A stretch of 63,462 nt of DNA, filler included, from Olpidium bornovanus S191 (GCA_017911155.1; 29 parts of 29 records of this genome joined end to end with filler, not necessarily neighbours in it); one strand, 5' to 3'; shown: positions 23,500-37,239, counted from the whole stretch's first letter. Made by a program: numbers and translations. Notes: generated by a model not told the origin, from the sequence alone.

Positions 23500-24801
23500 T
23501 GGGCGGGGTTGAGGGGGGGATGGAGGCTGGGTTAGCCCGTTCATTTGTTATTTCGGGTATATTAACGTGGAGTTGATCAAGGGACAGTTTTTTTTGAAAC
23601 CCGCGCGCCTATAATTGGTGTCCGATTTGGTTCCGGAAAGGGCTGGTTTCTTTTTGAATCAAGTCGGAACGTCGACAGCGAATTAACTGCTGCCTCCCGC
23701 CGCCGATGCAATCTCGCGCATGGAGATGATCGGAAATTGCATTGACCATCGTTGCGCCCGACTCTGGTCTTATTAAGTACCGTGGTCACCAAACCAACAG
23801 TTAAATAACCGGTCCTTGTCGGATGTAGTCCGCACGAGCGGAAACGAGCTCGCGCCGGAACATGACTGGCCCCGCAGGGGGGTCCTGTCCCACTGAAGAA
23901 ACAGTCCCCGAATTTTACGCTGACACTCCTGGTGTGGACTTTTACGGTTTAAGAAAATGCGATCCTGGTACTTTAGACTCCATCGCCGTGGGTCAATGTA
24001 GATCACGGGCACAAATGGACCCACAAAACGCGCGGAGAAGTCTGGTTGCGATTGACGCCCCCCCTCCCCCTTCCCCCCCAGCCCATGGCCAATTTTTCCT
24101 CCCCGCCGTGCATGCTGAAGAAAATGGGCCCATGCATGGAACCCTCATCATGGCCTTTTTCCTCCTTTCAAAGCCTTTCCACCCTGCTTTCCGATATGCT
24201 TTACAGTTCTGCAGCATTCACTTATTCTGGTTCCTCAGTAAGGTTTTCAACCGGAATCAAATCCGTGGACTCGCTGATTCCTGTTTTTGGTCCGGCTGCC
24301 AGGAAAATTCTGTCTTGGTGTGCTTTGGCTTGGGGGTGTCTCGTTCGGGTGTGGCGGCTCCTTCACCACCCCGTTCCGCCTTCCCCCTTCCCCTTGCTTT
24401 TACATGGGGGCCAAATAGGAACCAGCGAGAAAGAATAGCCCTCAACTGAAAACTTTACTAAGGAACGTGACCTTCCCCCGCTAATTCCCGCACACCCAAC
24501 GCACCGCTCCGCCCCGACACAAGCTAAAAAAAGATATCCTAAGCTTTTAAGTAGGAGACGAAAAACAGGCCTAAATTGTTTGAGGCGTTTGGGGAGCCCA
24601 TGTGGGGGTGCGCCGGAGAGTTTGGGGTGGTTTGGGAAGTTCGGAAGCGTTTGGCGGGGCATTTCGGGGGCTTTTGCGGCGTTTGGGGGCTGGGGGGGGG
24701 GNNNNNNNNNNNNNNNNNNNNNNNNNNNNNNNNNNNNNNNNNNNNTTAATTAATTAANNNNNNNNNNNNNNNNNNNNNNNNNNNNNNNNNNNNNNNNNNN
24801 N

Positions 24802-25020
24802 CATGATAGACAACGTGGGGAGCACAACACTTGCAGTGAATGGGCAAGACATCGAAACTGATTAAACGCGTTAAGACGTAAAGTTCCATCATCTTCTGCA
24901 GGGAGGCGCGGATGGAATCCGCGATGTTCGCCGCATCTCAACGACCGGGAATCCGCCCCGATATGCTAACGAAGCCGCTGGATAGTGTCAAGTTCGAGGG
25001 GGTCCGCAGCGTGAGATAGG
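24802..25020 (+). mobile_element. Highly decayed Ty1/copia RNase H C-terminus
   Basis: Across frameshifts: IDNVGSTTLAVN...DVKFHHL...PDMLTKPLDSVKFEGVRS. Confidence 0.65.
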
Positions 25021-25485
25021 TCTCTGCGTTGCCAACGAGCAACCGCCGAGTCGCAAAGTGCAGCAAGCAAGAAACGAACAAACGAGGGACTCGGGCGCAA
25101 AGGACAGGGGTCGCCTCTGTGCCGTAGAGAGGCCAGACTCAGACAGAGAAATAGCACGAGAACCCGGAAGTTTCGCATCTCCTTCGCCGCCCTCCGCGCC
25201 TCGAGCCCCTGCGTGCGCTGCTGCCGGGCTCGTTCTATTACCACCGGCCCAGCTGCGTCCGCCTCCTCCCGCGGGCCCCTTCCGACCCCCGCGCGCGGCC
25301 GGCACAGCCCGCGAGACCCTCGCCGGCCCGCGATCCGCGCGATCCCTTTCTCCGCGGCCGACCCCGCCCCGACCCCCGTCCGTCTCCACCCCGGCCCGGC
25401 CGAGAGGAAAAACGCCCGCCGACCGCCGACCGCCGGCCTCCCCCGCTGCCCGCCGCCCTTCACCTCCCTCCCCTTCACCTCCCCC

Positions 25486-25541
<56 letters not shown>

Positions 25542-25701
25542 CCCCCCCCCCCCTCCCCTCCCCTTCCCCCACCCCCCCGCCTCCCACCCTCCTCTGCCTA
25601 CTCCTCCTCCGCCTTCTCCTCCTCCGCTTCCTCCTCCTCCTCCCCCTCCTCCTCCCCTCCACGCCGCCCTTTCCGAGTCCCGGGCGGTTGCGTTGCCGCG
25701 G

Positions 25702-26883
25702 ATGCAGCAGGAAATCCCCCAGGCGGTTGCCTTGCAGCCAGGCTCAAGCGTCCTGAGCAGCCACAAGTCCGCCGCGGCCGCGGCCGCTGGCGCAACCGCC
25801 TCGCCAAACGTCCCGAGGACGTCGCCCGCGATGAAGATTCTCGCCTCCGCGTGCCTCGGCTCGCCCACCGTCGGGGCCCTGCCGGGCGCGCAGTCCGACC
25901 ACGCCTTCGTCGCGGGCTCCGATCAGGCACAGAAGCCCGGCTTGTCGTCGCTGCTGGGCCACAAGGTAACCGCCGCCTCCGTCGATTCCCTGGCGGCGTC
26001 AAACCGCTCCCTGGCCGCGGCTGCCGAGAGCGGAGTCGCCGGCTCGGCGGCCGACTTGTCCGCTTTCCCGCCGAGGGTCTACAAGGCCAGCGGCAGCACC
26101 GCTTCCTTGCAGGCCGGCAACGTGACCGCTCAGTCCGCCACGTTCTTCACGCCGTACTCCTCCTCCACCACCACCTCCTCCTCCGTTGGCGAGGTGGTCT
26201 CGCACGCCCCGGCTGCTGCCGCGGCCGCGCCTGGCCCCGCTTCGGTCGGCGTCGCCGGCGACCCCGCCCAAAGGCCGGCGAGATCTCTGCTGTCGTCGTT
26301 CGGCATCGGGCCGCCTAAGGTCAAAGCGAAAACGTTTCCCCCCGTCACGACGGCCGCCTCGGTCGAGCAGCGCGTGGCGGAGTCGGCTGGCGCTGGATCC
26401 GCCGTGCCGCTGCGGCCCGCGGAATTGGCCGATCTCATGGTGCTCCCGGGCTCGGACTCGCCCTCCGCAAAGAAGCCACCACAGCTTATCGACCTCCGTC
26501 CGCTGGATCAGTTCCAGGCCGAGCACCTAATAGGTTCCGTCAACGTCAACCTCCCCACGTTGCTGGTCAAGCGGTACAGGCGCGGATCCATGAACAATTT
26601 TAACTTAGAATCGTTCATCACCACGAACGAGGGCAAGGAGGTGCACAGGAAGAGGGTTGTTTCTGACGTGGTGGTCGTGTATGACGACGCCATGGACCAG
26701 CGGAAGGACGATGAGCCAAGTTGGGCATTGCTCGGAGTACTCTCGCGAGACGTCGCGCAAGGGAAAATCAAGCTGTGCTGGCTGGTGGGCGGCTACCAAG
26801 CGTTCAAGGAGTGGGACACCACCGGTGCTTACCGGATAACGGCGGAGCCGAGCAACACCGGGCGGGAACGCTCCGGCACCATG
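25702..26883 (+). CDS. Rhodanese-domain (MAPK-binding) N-terminal part of a protein tyrosine / dual-specificity phosphatase, 3' truncated
   Basis: QLIDLRPLDQFQAEHLIGSVNVNLPTLLVKRYRRG...VVVYDD...WLVGGYQAF is the inactive rhodanese with a KR docking motif seen in Pyp1/Ptp2-3 and MKP phosphatases. The catalytic domain is not in this piece. Confidence 0.8.
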
Positions 26884-28341
26884 NNNNNNNNNNNNNNNNN
26901 NNNNNNNNNNNNNNNNNNNNNNNNNNNTTAATTAATTAANNNNNNNNNNNNNNNNNNNNNNNNNNNNNNNNNNNNNNNNNNNNATGATCAACTTGAAGTC
27001 CTTACAGCCATTAATTGGTTGGATGGAGACGCCTCGGTCTTGTGGGATTCGGTGCGGACAACCGGCCTTATCACTATATGTGGATCAAATTCAAGAACGC
27101 CATGTCTCTTTCGCCACGCGCGGGGAGCGATTGCCGTGCGATCGCCGCTCCTTGAGCTGCGGGGGCCGGGTTTTTGGGGTTGAGGGAAATGGTCAAAAAG
27201 GCGCGGAAAAATAAGGCTTCAGTTGCTCGAAAGGAGAGGGCAATTGTTTTTGCAACACCTTTTGAAAGTGATGAGCCGCGGCGTCGAATCGTTGTGGAGA
27301 GAGAGAAGGAAGGGTTTAGGATGGGGGGGGGGAGGGAAAGGTGGATGTGTGCGCGATGCGTGCGAACGATGCGATTGCGCAGGCGGCGCGCGGAGGTTGG
27401 AAGCGTGATGGATCGCGGGCTCGGTTTCTCCACAGTACATTGCGCTGCTAAAATACTCGTGAAAAAGGGAGGGAGGAAAGTGACCAGGGCATATTTTTTT
27501 TTGCGACCTTGGGCCCTTGCCCGCGCCGGGAATGCTGATGCCCCGCCGCGGCGACGCCCCACTTCCCGGCTCACCGACCCCCACTGCCCAAGCTCATTCC
27601 GTGCGCGATTTTATTCTCGTAAAACAAAAAGAGCGGTGCTTTTGATTGATACAAGGCAAGGCTGTTATGGTAATGTTACAATAATACATTCTGAGTTCGG
27701 GGAGGAGGCGGGGAGGTTTTTATGCTTGAAAATGATAATATAAAAATAAAAAAGTGCATTATAAGGTTTGGAAGTGCGGGGTAGTGATCATAAAGAAAAA
27801 CAAAATTGTGCTTTTGAGAGTTCGGGAGGGACGCGTGATGTTTTAAAAGGTGATAATAAAAAACATGTCCAAAGTTGATGGACGGAGAGGAGGGAAGGGG
27901 GAGGAGAGGGTAGGCGGAGACCGGAAAGGATTGAGGTGGTGAGGTGGGATAGGCGAGTAGGGGGGCGGTGGAGGTGAGTGGTATCGGATGGAGCGGAGGG
28001 GAGGGTGAAGAGATGGGAGAGGGAAGGGAGGGAGCGCGGTGAGGCGGGAGGGGGAGGGTAACAAACCTTCCGAGCGGGGTCCTACGTGAGGGGAGGCGCT
28101 GTCCGGTATCCAACCGGATGGGGGGAGCGAGCACCGGCGCGGCAGCAGAGTCCGGTGGTCCCGGCCATAAGGCCTTCCCGGGGCTGCGGCCACCGGCCCT
28201 TGACCCTGAGGGGCCACTCGCCTGGGAACCGCGGCCTGCCGNNNNNNNNNNNNNNNNNNNNNNNNNNNNNNNNNNNNNNNNNNNNTTAATTAATTAANNN
28301 NNNNNNNNNNNNNNNNNNNNNNNNNNNNNNNNNNNNNNNNN

Positions 28342-30313
28342 AGAGATCCGCATTTTGGCTTTGAGCAGGTCGATTTTGTTGAGAAAGAGGATAACGCTCT
28401 GATTTCGCCCGGGAGACCGCGCAATAGCTTCAGTGTGAGTGTACGAGTAGTCGACCGGCATGAAGCAGGCACAGTAAGGAACACCACGGTCGAACGGAGC
28501 AGAAATTAACGAATCCAGGCGACGGTGAACGAAGGGAAATCCGAAGGCAAATTCGCAAGTGGTTGCGAAGGAAAGAAACGGATGATATACCGTCGACTTC
28601 AGCAAAGTGTGGTTGACGACGCTATCGAATGAAGCTGCGAGTCGACAATACGGTTGATTTCGGGGTCCTCTTCGACGGTTTGGTCGTACGAGGACACTGC
28701 AGCGACGAAGAGCACCGCCTCCACGTCGTCGAAATAGCTGGCCCACCGGGGCCGCTGGCTCCGGTGCCCGCCAATGTCGTAGATTCGCAGCGGCATGTCG
28801 CCCACGACGAAGGCGTAACGGGTCACGGCCTGTGTCCGGACCCGGGCTCGGAGGATGTCCTCGTCCGTCGGCGCGTAATCGTCCTTGCAGATCCTCTCCA
28901 GGTCGTTGAAGAAACTGGCGGGACGCGAGACGATGCGGGCAAGTTCAACAAGCTAAAACGATTTCCACGGCCGAGGCTGGCGGGTGCGGCGGGTGGGGAG
29001 GGGGAGGTGGAAGAGGCGGGCGTTCATTTTTGTGCAGGCTCTCCAACTCACTATTGCGCGGACGTAAGGCTCCGGAAAGCGGACGTTTGCTGCAGGAGCG
29101 AGATTTTGAGATAATTGAAAACGGTTGCGAGCGCATTGAATTCTTCCGCGTCGACGCGGCGCGGCCGGCCCTCGGGCGTTGTCAGTTTCTCGATCTCCTT
29201 GGTGAGCTCCAGCGGAGACTTCGGTTCTGGCGTGTCTGGCTGGCAGAGGATAAGATCGACGGACCTCTTCGAAGCAGAGGTTTGAAAACATTTGAACGCC
29301 AGAAGTCGAGGAAATGATAAAAGAAGGTCACTGGTCCCCTCGGCATCCGAAAACCAGAAAAGCCGGTCGCGAGGTCAAAAAGAATTAAAAAAGATGGAAA
29401 GAGAAGATGGGGAAAAAAGAGGGAGAAAGGAAAACGAAAAAAAGAGAAAAGCATTGAAGGGAAAAACAAAAGGGGGGAAAAACAAGAAGAAAAAAAAAGA
29501 AACAAACGAAACAAAAAGAAACAGAAGGGGGAAAACCAAAACAAACATAAATGAAAGAAAAATCAGGAAGAAAAGGAAAAAAAGAAAAGTAAAGCAACGG
29601 CCCTCACAACCGGACGCCACAAAGTCAAAAAAATTGGAAAAAATCACGCCCCCCCGCCCCTTCTTCCCCACCGCCCCCCTGCTCGGCGTGACCCGGAAAC
29701 AAAGAAAGAAAAAGAAAGACCTACTTCCAAAGCCGCGTCCAATGAAATCCCAGTGGCGTCCCGGATCAGCCGACCGAATTCCCTGCGCCACTTTTCGATG
29801 TTGTATCGGACGATGCCTGCCCACGCGGAACGTTCGGCGGCGGTGAACCCGTTCCCGTGGAGGAGTCGCAGCTGCCACGAGGAGGCGGAGGAGGAGTGAT
29901 AGCCAAACGGGGAGTCCTGAACATTTTCTGTTGTGTACGAGACTTATCTCGCTACCCGCACCCCCCCACAACCCCCCCCCCCCCCCGGCTTTTCCCCTCA
30001 CCTGCTTCATCACGGTCGTCTTCCCGGAGTCCGCAGGTCCTGGGTGGCAGAAGAAAAACTCCAGTGAGAGAACGGGGAGACTTTTGAAGTCAAGGGTCTT
30101 TTCCGGAATACTGGAGAGAGCTTTGGAAGGGAAACAAGCGGTGTCCCTCCAGGCAGAGAGAGAGAGAGAGAGAGAGAGCCTTTCTTTTTTTGTTGTTTTA
30201 CCAAGGCAAACCATCTTGCAGGCGATGTTTGCATTCATTGCCTCCTTCTCCTTCTTCAGCTCCCTGTCTATCCTGCGGCTGACTTCGGCGGGGTCGTCGG
30301 CCGAGTTGGCCAT
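28342..30313 (-). CDS. Atypical heterotrimeric G-protein alpha subunit, multi-exon, ends truncated
   Basis: SRRIDRELKKEK; spliced G1 LGPADSGKTTVMKQ (exon 30039-30002); LRLLHGNGFT; FFNDLERICKDDYAPTDEDILRARVRT; YDIGGHRSQRPRWASYFDDVEAVLFVAAVSSYDQ; G4 SVILFLNKIDLL. Confidence 0.93.
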
Positions 30314-32564
30314 GNNNNNNNNNNNNNNNNNNNNNNNNNNNNNNNNNNNNNNNNNNNNTTAATTAATTAANNNNNNNNNNNNNNNNNNNNNNNNNNNNNN
30401 NNNNNNNNNNNNNNACTCAAATGATCATTGGATTCAAGCTTTAAAAAGCGGTGCCCTGTACTGTCTGTCCCAAACCTGTCCTCGGGTGGGCAGAACGTCT
30501 CTGTTATCGAGATTGTCGCGGAATGTTTAGGCGAGTCGAAACCAGGCTGTTTCTGCTCCGGCCAGACATTTAGCGGGGAACTCCAAATCCGGACCTAAAT
30601 GGGCCTCGTGGGGAGGGTTTGATTCTCGTTTTTGTGTATCCCGCAAGGTGCACGAGACTTTGGATTTGGGCGCCAGGAGCACCCCTCATGAGGACACAAG
30701 CGGAGGTGCCCCGTGGGAAGTATTTGAATTCGGGAAAATAGCACGTACGGCGGAAAACCGTCCGAGCAGCTCATATTGATGCTTTTCCGCCTTGGGGGGG
30801 CGCAGCTTAAATCGAGCTTCAGGGCCATATGGCGCCGGCAGCGAGATCAGGTTTACTTGGGTGTGTAGGCTGCCTTCGGCGCGGCGGTGACGAATATTTT
30901 CAAACCGGCACCCCACTTATTTCTCAATCTCGCACGCCGGGACCCGGCCCTCTGCCCGGCCACCTCGTCCCCTCGCCCACTCCCGCCCGTCCTTACAAAC
31001 CTTACAACAAACTTCTTCGAGATCTTGATGCCTTGCCGGCCGGGAGAGAGGACGCTTACGGAAAAGGGAATGGAAACGCGGCGCACATGGTTGAGGGAAA
31101 ATAGACACGGGAGTTTTTTCCCCCACGTCGAGGTATAAACACAGGGCGCATGCGTGGGGGAGGGCCCCCGGGTCCGGGAATGAGGTTATAAACGCTCAGG
31201 CGACAACCAGCTATCCGCCTTCGCAAAAACCTGAAAACGGGCCGCGGGCGCCCTTGCTGAGGGGAGGAGAGAAGGAGAGGGAGGGAGGCCTGAGGAAGGA
31301 AGGAAGAAATTATTTCGCCGGGGAGCGGTCGCCTTTTTTTACCCGCGCGGGGGAGTGGGTGGGGAGGGACGTGGAGGAAGAGTAGATCGCTTCCTGTGCG
31401 CGGCGGGCGTGCGCGGTTGTCAGGGTCGGCTGATCTAATGCTATCGCCGGTTCTTCCGCCTGCCCTTTCTTCCCCCCCATACACACGCTCCCTTCGAGAC
31501 ACACCAACTGCCGCCGTGTCACCGGGCCCGACCCCGGTCAAAGCCCGTGGGAACCGTCCGGCGGTGCTGATGTGGGCGCCCACCGCTGCTATTTTTGGAG
31601 CAGATAGCGCGGGCCGTGCAAAGGAAGGAGACGCCCAGGCGAGGTTCCATGCNNNNNNNNNNNNNNNNNNNNNNNNNNNNNNNNNNNNNNNNNNNNTTAA
31701 TTAATTAANNNNNNNNNNNNNNNNNNNNNNNNNNNNNNNNNNNNNNNNNNNNCATGATGGTCACAAACTTTGCGTTCTTCGCGGTAAAAAAAGAAAAGAA
31801 AAAAGAATATTTCGGTTTCGCAATTTTCTGCCGACAACGTGTTTTTTTTGTTTCGCAGAGCACATACACCAGCCTGGTCGTTGGAATCTCGGATTCGCTA
31901 ACCTTGATCCTAACCGTAATTTTTCCCTTTTTTTTTTTTTTTTTTTTTGCTTTGTTCTGGGTGGTCTGCGTCTGCGACCGAGGGCGAGGGCGAGGCCGCA
32001 CGCGCAGCGCCCGTCCAGGACGAGCAAATTTTTGATCGCGCGACCGCAGGAGCACGCATCACCCTGAATTCACCCCCCGCACGCGACGAAAGGCGCAGAA
32101 GAAGGCGGCAGCGGGTAAACGCCACGGGAACTGCACACGAGGCTTCTCGGTTTTCCTCGTTTCTCGCAGCCATCGCGCGGACTCGCCTATTCGCACTGCG
32201 TCTGGCGTGGCCCCATCCTGCAAATCCGCCGGAATTTTTTTTTTTTTTTTTTCGTGAGAGAGCAGGGAGCAGAGAGCAGAGGGCAGAGCAGAGAGAGAGA
32301 GAGAGGGAGCACAGAAGGGCGCGTGAATCGCAACTGGCGAGCTGGGCGGCGACGTGCTGTGCTCTTTCTCTCTCTCTCTCTCTCTCGTCTCTCGTCGTCT
32401 CTCTTTCTCTCTCTCTCGTCTCTCGTCGTCTCTCTTTCTTTCTTTCTCTCTCTCTCTTTCTGTCTCTCGGTTTCGTCGCTCCTCTTCGCTCTTCTCTCTC
32501 TCTCGCTTTTTCACTCTCTGCCGGCGGGAAAGACACCTTCCCGCCTCTCCTTCACCGGGAAAAG

Positions 32565-32601
<37 letters not shown>

Positions 32602-32613
32602 AACCAACCACAC

Positions 32614-33070
32614 ATGCCCTCCTCCTCGCTGCGCCGCTTCTCCTGTCGCCTTGCTCCCGCCCTGGCCCGCTTCCGCTCCGCCGCCCTAGAACGCCCCGGC
32701 GCCGGCGATGCCCGCGACGGCGATGCCCGCGACGGCGACGGCGCTGACGCCGACGCCGATACCGGCGACGGCGACGACCACGACGACGACGGGGGCGGCC
32801 GCGGCGCAGAGCCCGACAGCAGCGACGCGGAGCCCTTGGCCCGGGCGCGGCGTGCGCCCCCGCACCTTCTGCGGCGCCGGCGCCGGCGGAGGAAGCGGGC
32901 CATGTCCTCCGTCAACCTGTCCTTCCTGCCGAGGGTCCTGACGTTCAACTACTACACCGTTCACATGGTGTACATGTCCGTGCTTTGTTTCGTCGGCAGC
33001 TGCCTCGTCTACGTTTCGGAGCACCTGGGCGGGAACGCCGATTTCGAATGGATCGACGCCCTGTTCACAG
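32614..33070 (+). CDS. TRK1: Trk-family K+ transporter, first exon
   Basis: An acidic/Arg-rich leader is followed by FNYYTVHMVYMSVLCFVGSCLVY...FEWIDALFT|GT, matching the Trk N-terminal TM and Y/WIDALF motif. The paralogue number cannot be resolved. Confidence 0.8.
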
Positions 33071-33097
33071 GTGCGGGGACGCAGCGTGCGCCGATCG

Positions 33098-33197
<100 letters not shown>

Positions 33198-33312
33198 CCC
33201 CCCCCCCCCCCGNNNNNNNNNNNNNNNNNNNNNNNNNNNNNNNNNNNNNNNNNNNNTTAATTAATTAANNNNNNNNNNNNNNNNNNNNNNNNNNNNNNNN
33301 NNNNNNNNNNNN

Positions 33313-35254
33313 CATGGAATTGGTGGCTCCTCAATACAAGGCTAACGGTACAGAACTTACGGCGAAGCGGGTCTGGCTTGGACTACAAGCAGTTATTGAC
33401 CCCCGGCCGGTTTCTGCCAGGGGAAACATACCGCAAGGGCCACGACACCCTCGACGTTTGGTTCGACAGTGGGACGTCTTGGACGACCCTTCTAGAGTAC
33501 GTTTTCGATTGTTTTAAGCTGTTAACACGACGCGGGGTGTTCGTTGACTCGTTTCTTCGTAGCCGCGAAGATAGCCGAAGAGCGGATATGTATTTGGAAG
33601 GGGGTGACCAGCACCGCGGCTGGTTCCAGTCGTCTCTCCTCACCTCGAGTGAGTTCCAAACTGCGTTAAGTTCGTTGGTGTCATCATCCAGCAACGCGCG
33701 GCAGCTGATTGTAACCGTTGCCTGCATTCGCCGTCGGCAGTCGCGGCGACAGGCCGCGCCCCGTTCAAGACGGTCGTCCCCCACGGGTTCGTTCTCGATG
33801 AGGCAGGCCGCAAGATGTCGAAGTCCGTAGGAAATGTGGTCGAGCCGGAGAGGATCGTTCGCGGCGGGAAGGACCTCGCGAAGGAGCCCGCGTACGGCGT
33901 GGATGTCCTACGCGCTTGGGTAGCCCAGAGCGACTACACCAAGGATGTGCACATCGGGGATGCGACGGTTGGTGAGTTAACCGGATCGTCGACATCGAGT
34001 CGTGTGCAGCAGGATGTGGACTGTTAGTTGAAATTCCCGGTACTTCTTTTTATGAACAGCGCAAGCGGCAGAACTCATCCGCCGGCTCCGAAACAGCTTG
34101 CGCTTTATGATTGCCAACCTCGACAATTTCCACGCTTCCCAAGCGGTCACGTACGAGGATTTGACTCCGGTGGGTCATTTCGACTTGCGTTGTGATTTGC
34201 GAAGGCAGGAGCCAACGTATCGTGTTACTGAAATCCGCGTTTTTGTCGTCTTCTTTCGCAGATGGACAAACATCTCCACGTCCAAATCTATGATCTTTCG
34301 ACACAGGTCACCACTTTTTATGACCAACTGTGCTACGTGAAAGGTACCACCTCGAGCCTTCATTCCGATTTAACCGATTGCGCGGCCGTTGCTCTCCGCT
34401 GATGGTTTTTACCGGCCGCGCGCCAGCCGTCAACTCGCTTTACCACTTCGCGGTGACGGTGCTATCTTCGCACTTCCATTGCATGAAGGACTCCCTGTAC
34501 GCCGATGCGCCCGGCAGCTTGACGCGGCGGGCGTCGCAGACGACGCTTTTCAATGTGTTGCAAATGTATACGACCGCGATTGCGCCGGTAGCCTGCCACC
34601 TGGCCGAGGAGGCGTACGAGTGCTTCCGCCTCATCACCGGAGACCCGAAACCGAGCGTGTTCCGGTGTGGATGGTTGCAAATGGTAACGATACAGCACGT
34701 CCCGGCGTGCGTTTATAGTCGGGGGTTTGTAGGATTATCGTTTTCAGTACGAAAGGAATTCTATTCACGTTTTCAAGTTTTTGCTCTCGTGATGACGACT
34801 TCCTTCAGGACGACCGGTGGAACAATGCAGTGATAAGGAGAGATTTCACGACGCTTTGCTCGCTTAGGGATCGCGTGAACGTTGTCCTATCGAGAGCACG
34901 GGAGGAGAGGTGACGTGTTGTGTGGTTTCCTTCCGTGACACAGGTTTTCCTCAAGAGGCGACTGCGATCTTACCGTGGTGCTGCTCCGAATATGCCGCCC
35001 GTTACAGGCTTATTGGACCGGCACCAGAGGCACAAGTCATTCTCCATGCCGATGGGGTTATCGAGGAGCTTCTAAGAAAATACGGTGCGCCCGAATTTCA
35101 GACCCTTGCGTTTCTGGGGTGTCAGGGGCTGTTCATGCACGTCTGACGGCGTTGCCAAACGGCGATCATCGGGCGTCTACGATAGAATCTACTCTGCCCA
35201 CTCTGTTCGGCTCGTCCGAAGTGGTGCACTCCCCGGATCCGCCGGACGAATGCG
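33313..35254 (+). CDS. ISM1: Isoleucyl-tRNA synthetase, mitochondrial/bacterial type, C-terminal part, multi-exon
   Basis: [13 protein letters not shown]; [20 protein letters not shown]; [20 protein letters not shown]; [15 protein letters not shown]; [13 protein letters not shown]; MKDSLYAD...RRASQTTL; [11 protein letters not shown]. Confidence 0.95.
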
Positions 35255-35354
35255 NNNNNNNNNNNNNNNNNNNNNNNNNNNNNNNNNNNNNNNNNNNNTT
35301 AATTAATTAANNNNNNNNNNNNNNNNNNNNNNNNNNNNNNNNNNNNNNNNNNNN

Positions 35355-35389
<35 letters not shown>

Positions 35390-35473
35390 ACCCGGGGGGG
35401 GGGGGAAATTGCCCCGGGGGGGGGGGGGGGGGGGGTTTGGGGGGGAAAGGGGCGAAAAAATTTTTGGGAGGCG

Positions 35474-35510
<37 letters not shown>

Positions 35511-35591
35511 CGAGAGTGTGGAAGGGTGGACGTCTATCGCGAAAAACGTTCGCTTATTAGCGGATGCGAGGCTGAACGACGCCGTGTGGTT

Positions 35592-36469
35592 TCACTTCAG
35601 TGAGGTCGCCGGCCGCCGGACCGCCTCCGCGTTCGCGAACGCGGAGGCGGGAGACGCCGGGCTCGACTCGTTGTATTCCAGCGCGTCCGCAAAGACTTCG
35701 TTCCCCTCCTTGGCCAGCGAGTCCGCCGTGCCCGGCCGGCTCTGCGCCCCTCCGACGCCGTCGCCCGGCGCTCCGGTCGCCGCCGAATCCGCCGCCTCCG
35801 CGCCCGCCTCCGCGCCCGCCTCCGCGCCCGCCTCCGCGCCCTCGGAACAAACGGGGCCGGTCGCGGGCGGCGAGTCGGGTTCTTCCAGCGTCGGCGATCG
35901 CCGCTCGCCCGAGGACGCCGACGCGGTGTCCACGTCGCCCAGGAGCGGCGCCCGGCTGGCGCTCTTCAGGCTGTCGACGGACGAGTTGCGGCGCTGCAGC
36001 CGAATCGCCTGAATGCTGCTGCGCAGAGCGGCCGACTTGGTCAGCTTCGTCCCCATCGTCCGCCGTCCTGCCGCCAGGTTCGCGGCGGCGTTCTCCCAGC
36101 CCGCGCTGGATCCCCTCTGCCTGCCCGGGCGCGTCGCGCCCGCCGCCCCGGTTTCCGCCGCCGCCGCCCCCACGTCGTCGTGGTACGCGGGGTACAGGGT
36201 CGCCACGTCCAGGTCCTCGGCATCAGGGATGCCGCCAAAATCTAGCTCGCTCATCAGGTCATCGTCGTCGCCGTCGTCCCTGTCCTCTCCCGCCTCCGCG
36301 AGCGCGGACTCTCTTCGCAGGCGGTTGATGTACGTGCGCGAATGCTCCTTTATCACGGCGTCCACGACCCAGAACTGCGGGAACCAAACGGTCAGGGACC
36401 TTCTTCTTTTTTTCCGCCGCTGCAGCGGAGCGCCTCTCGCCCGAATGGCCTTACTTGGAAAATATTCAT
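35592..36469 (-). CDS. STIMATE/TMEM110 (yeast YPL162C-like) membrane protein, C-terminal part
   Basis: The spliced junction MNIFQ|FWVVDAVIK (36469-36455, then from 36374) matches the family end motif N..QFW..D..IK. A long acidic disordered tail follows. Confidence 0.65.
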
Positions 36470-37239
36470 GNNNNNNNNNNNNNNNNNNNNNNNNNNNNNN
36501 NNNNNNNNNNNNNNTTAATTAATTAANNNNNNNNNNNNNNNNNNNNNNNNNNNNNNNNNNNNNNNNNNNNCATGGCCGAGCCGGCGACTATCGCCGAGGT
36601 CGTGCGACAGCTATTGTCGCCCGAGGGCCGGAACCTTGGATGCTGAGCCTGGTATGTTACTGGAGTGCGGCACGCGGAAGTCGCGACGCGGAAAAGCCCG
36701 CCTGCCGTTTCTTTAGGTCGCAAATGCCCATAGAATCTTGCCCTTTTTCGACCAGGCGCCGCCCAAAGCAGAATCTCAGAAGCAAAGAGTAAAAGGTCGG
36801 TAATTTGAGCTTTCGGGGAAAGACATTCAAAGCGCCGGGTCGCGGATGCATCGGACTGCAACCATGGTTTCGCTCGGGAGTATTGGAACCACATCACCGT
36901 CCGCAATTCGGATCCAGGGGGCCAAAGCGGGTTTAATCCCTCATGAATAAGCAGGGAACGTATCTCACTGATGTAAAGGATTGCATGGAAAAAGGGTAAA
37001 GGCGCATTCGGCCCCGAAGGGTTCGATGCCAGGTTCTTGTTGACGATGCCGATGACGATAGATGTGTTTTTGAGGGCGGAAAAAGGAAGATGACCAAACC
37101 AACACCCGAAGTCGGCGAGATAAGCACTCTGGCTCTGTATCCCGGGCTTCCTGGCATCTCTCGTCGTGCCAGATGGAGCAAGACGGGGGAAGGAGGCAGG
37201 CGTGGTGTTTTGGTGTGCGCGCCGGCGGGATAGAGAGAA

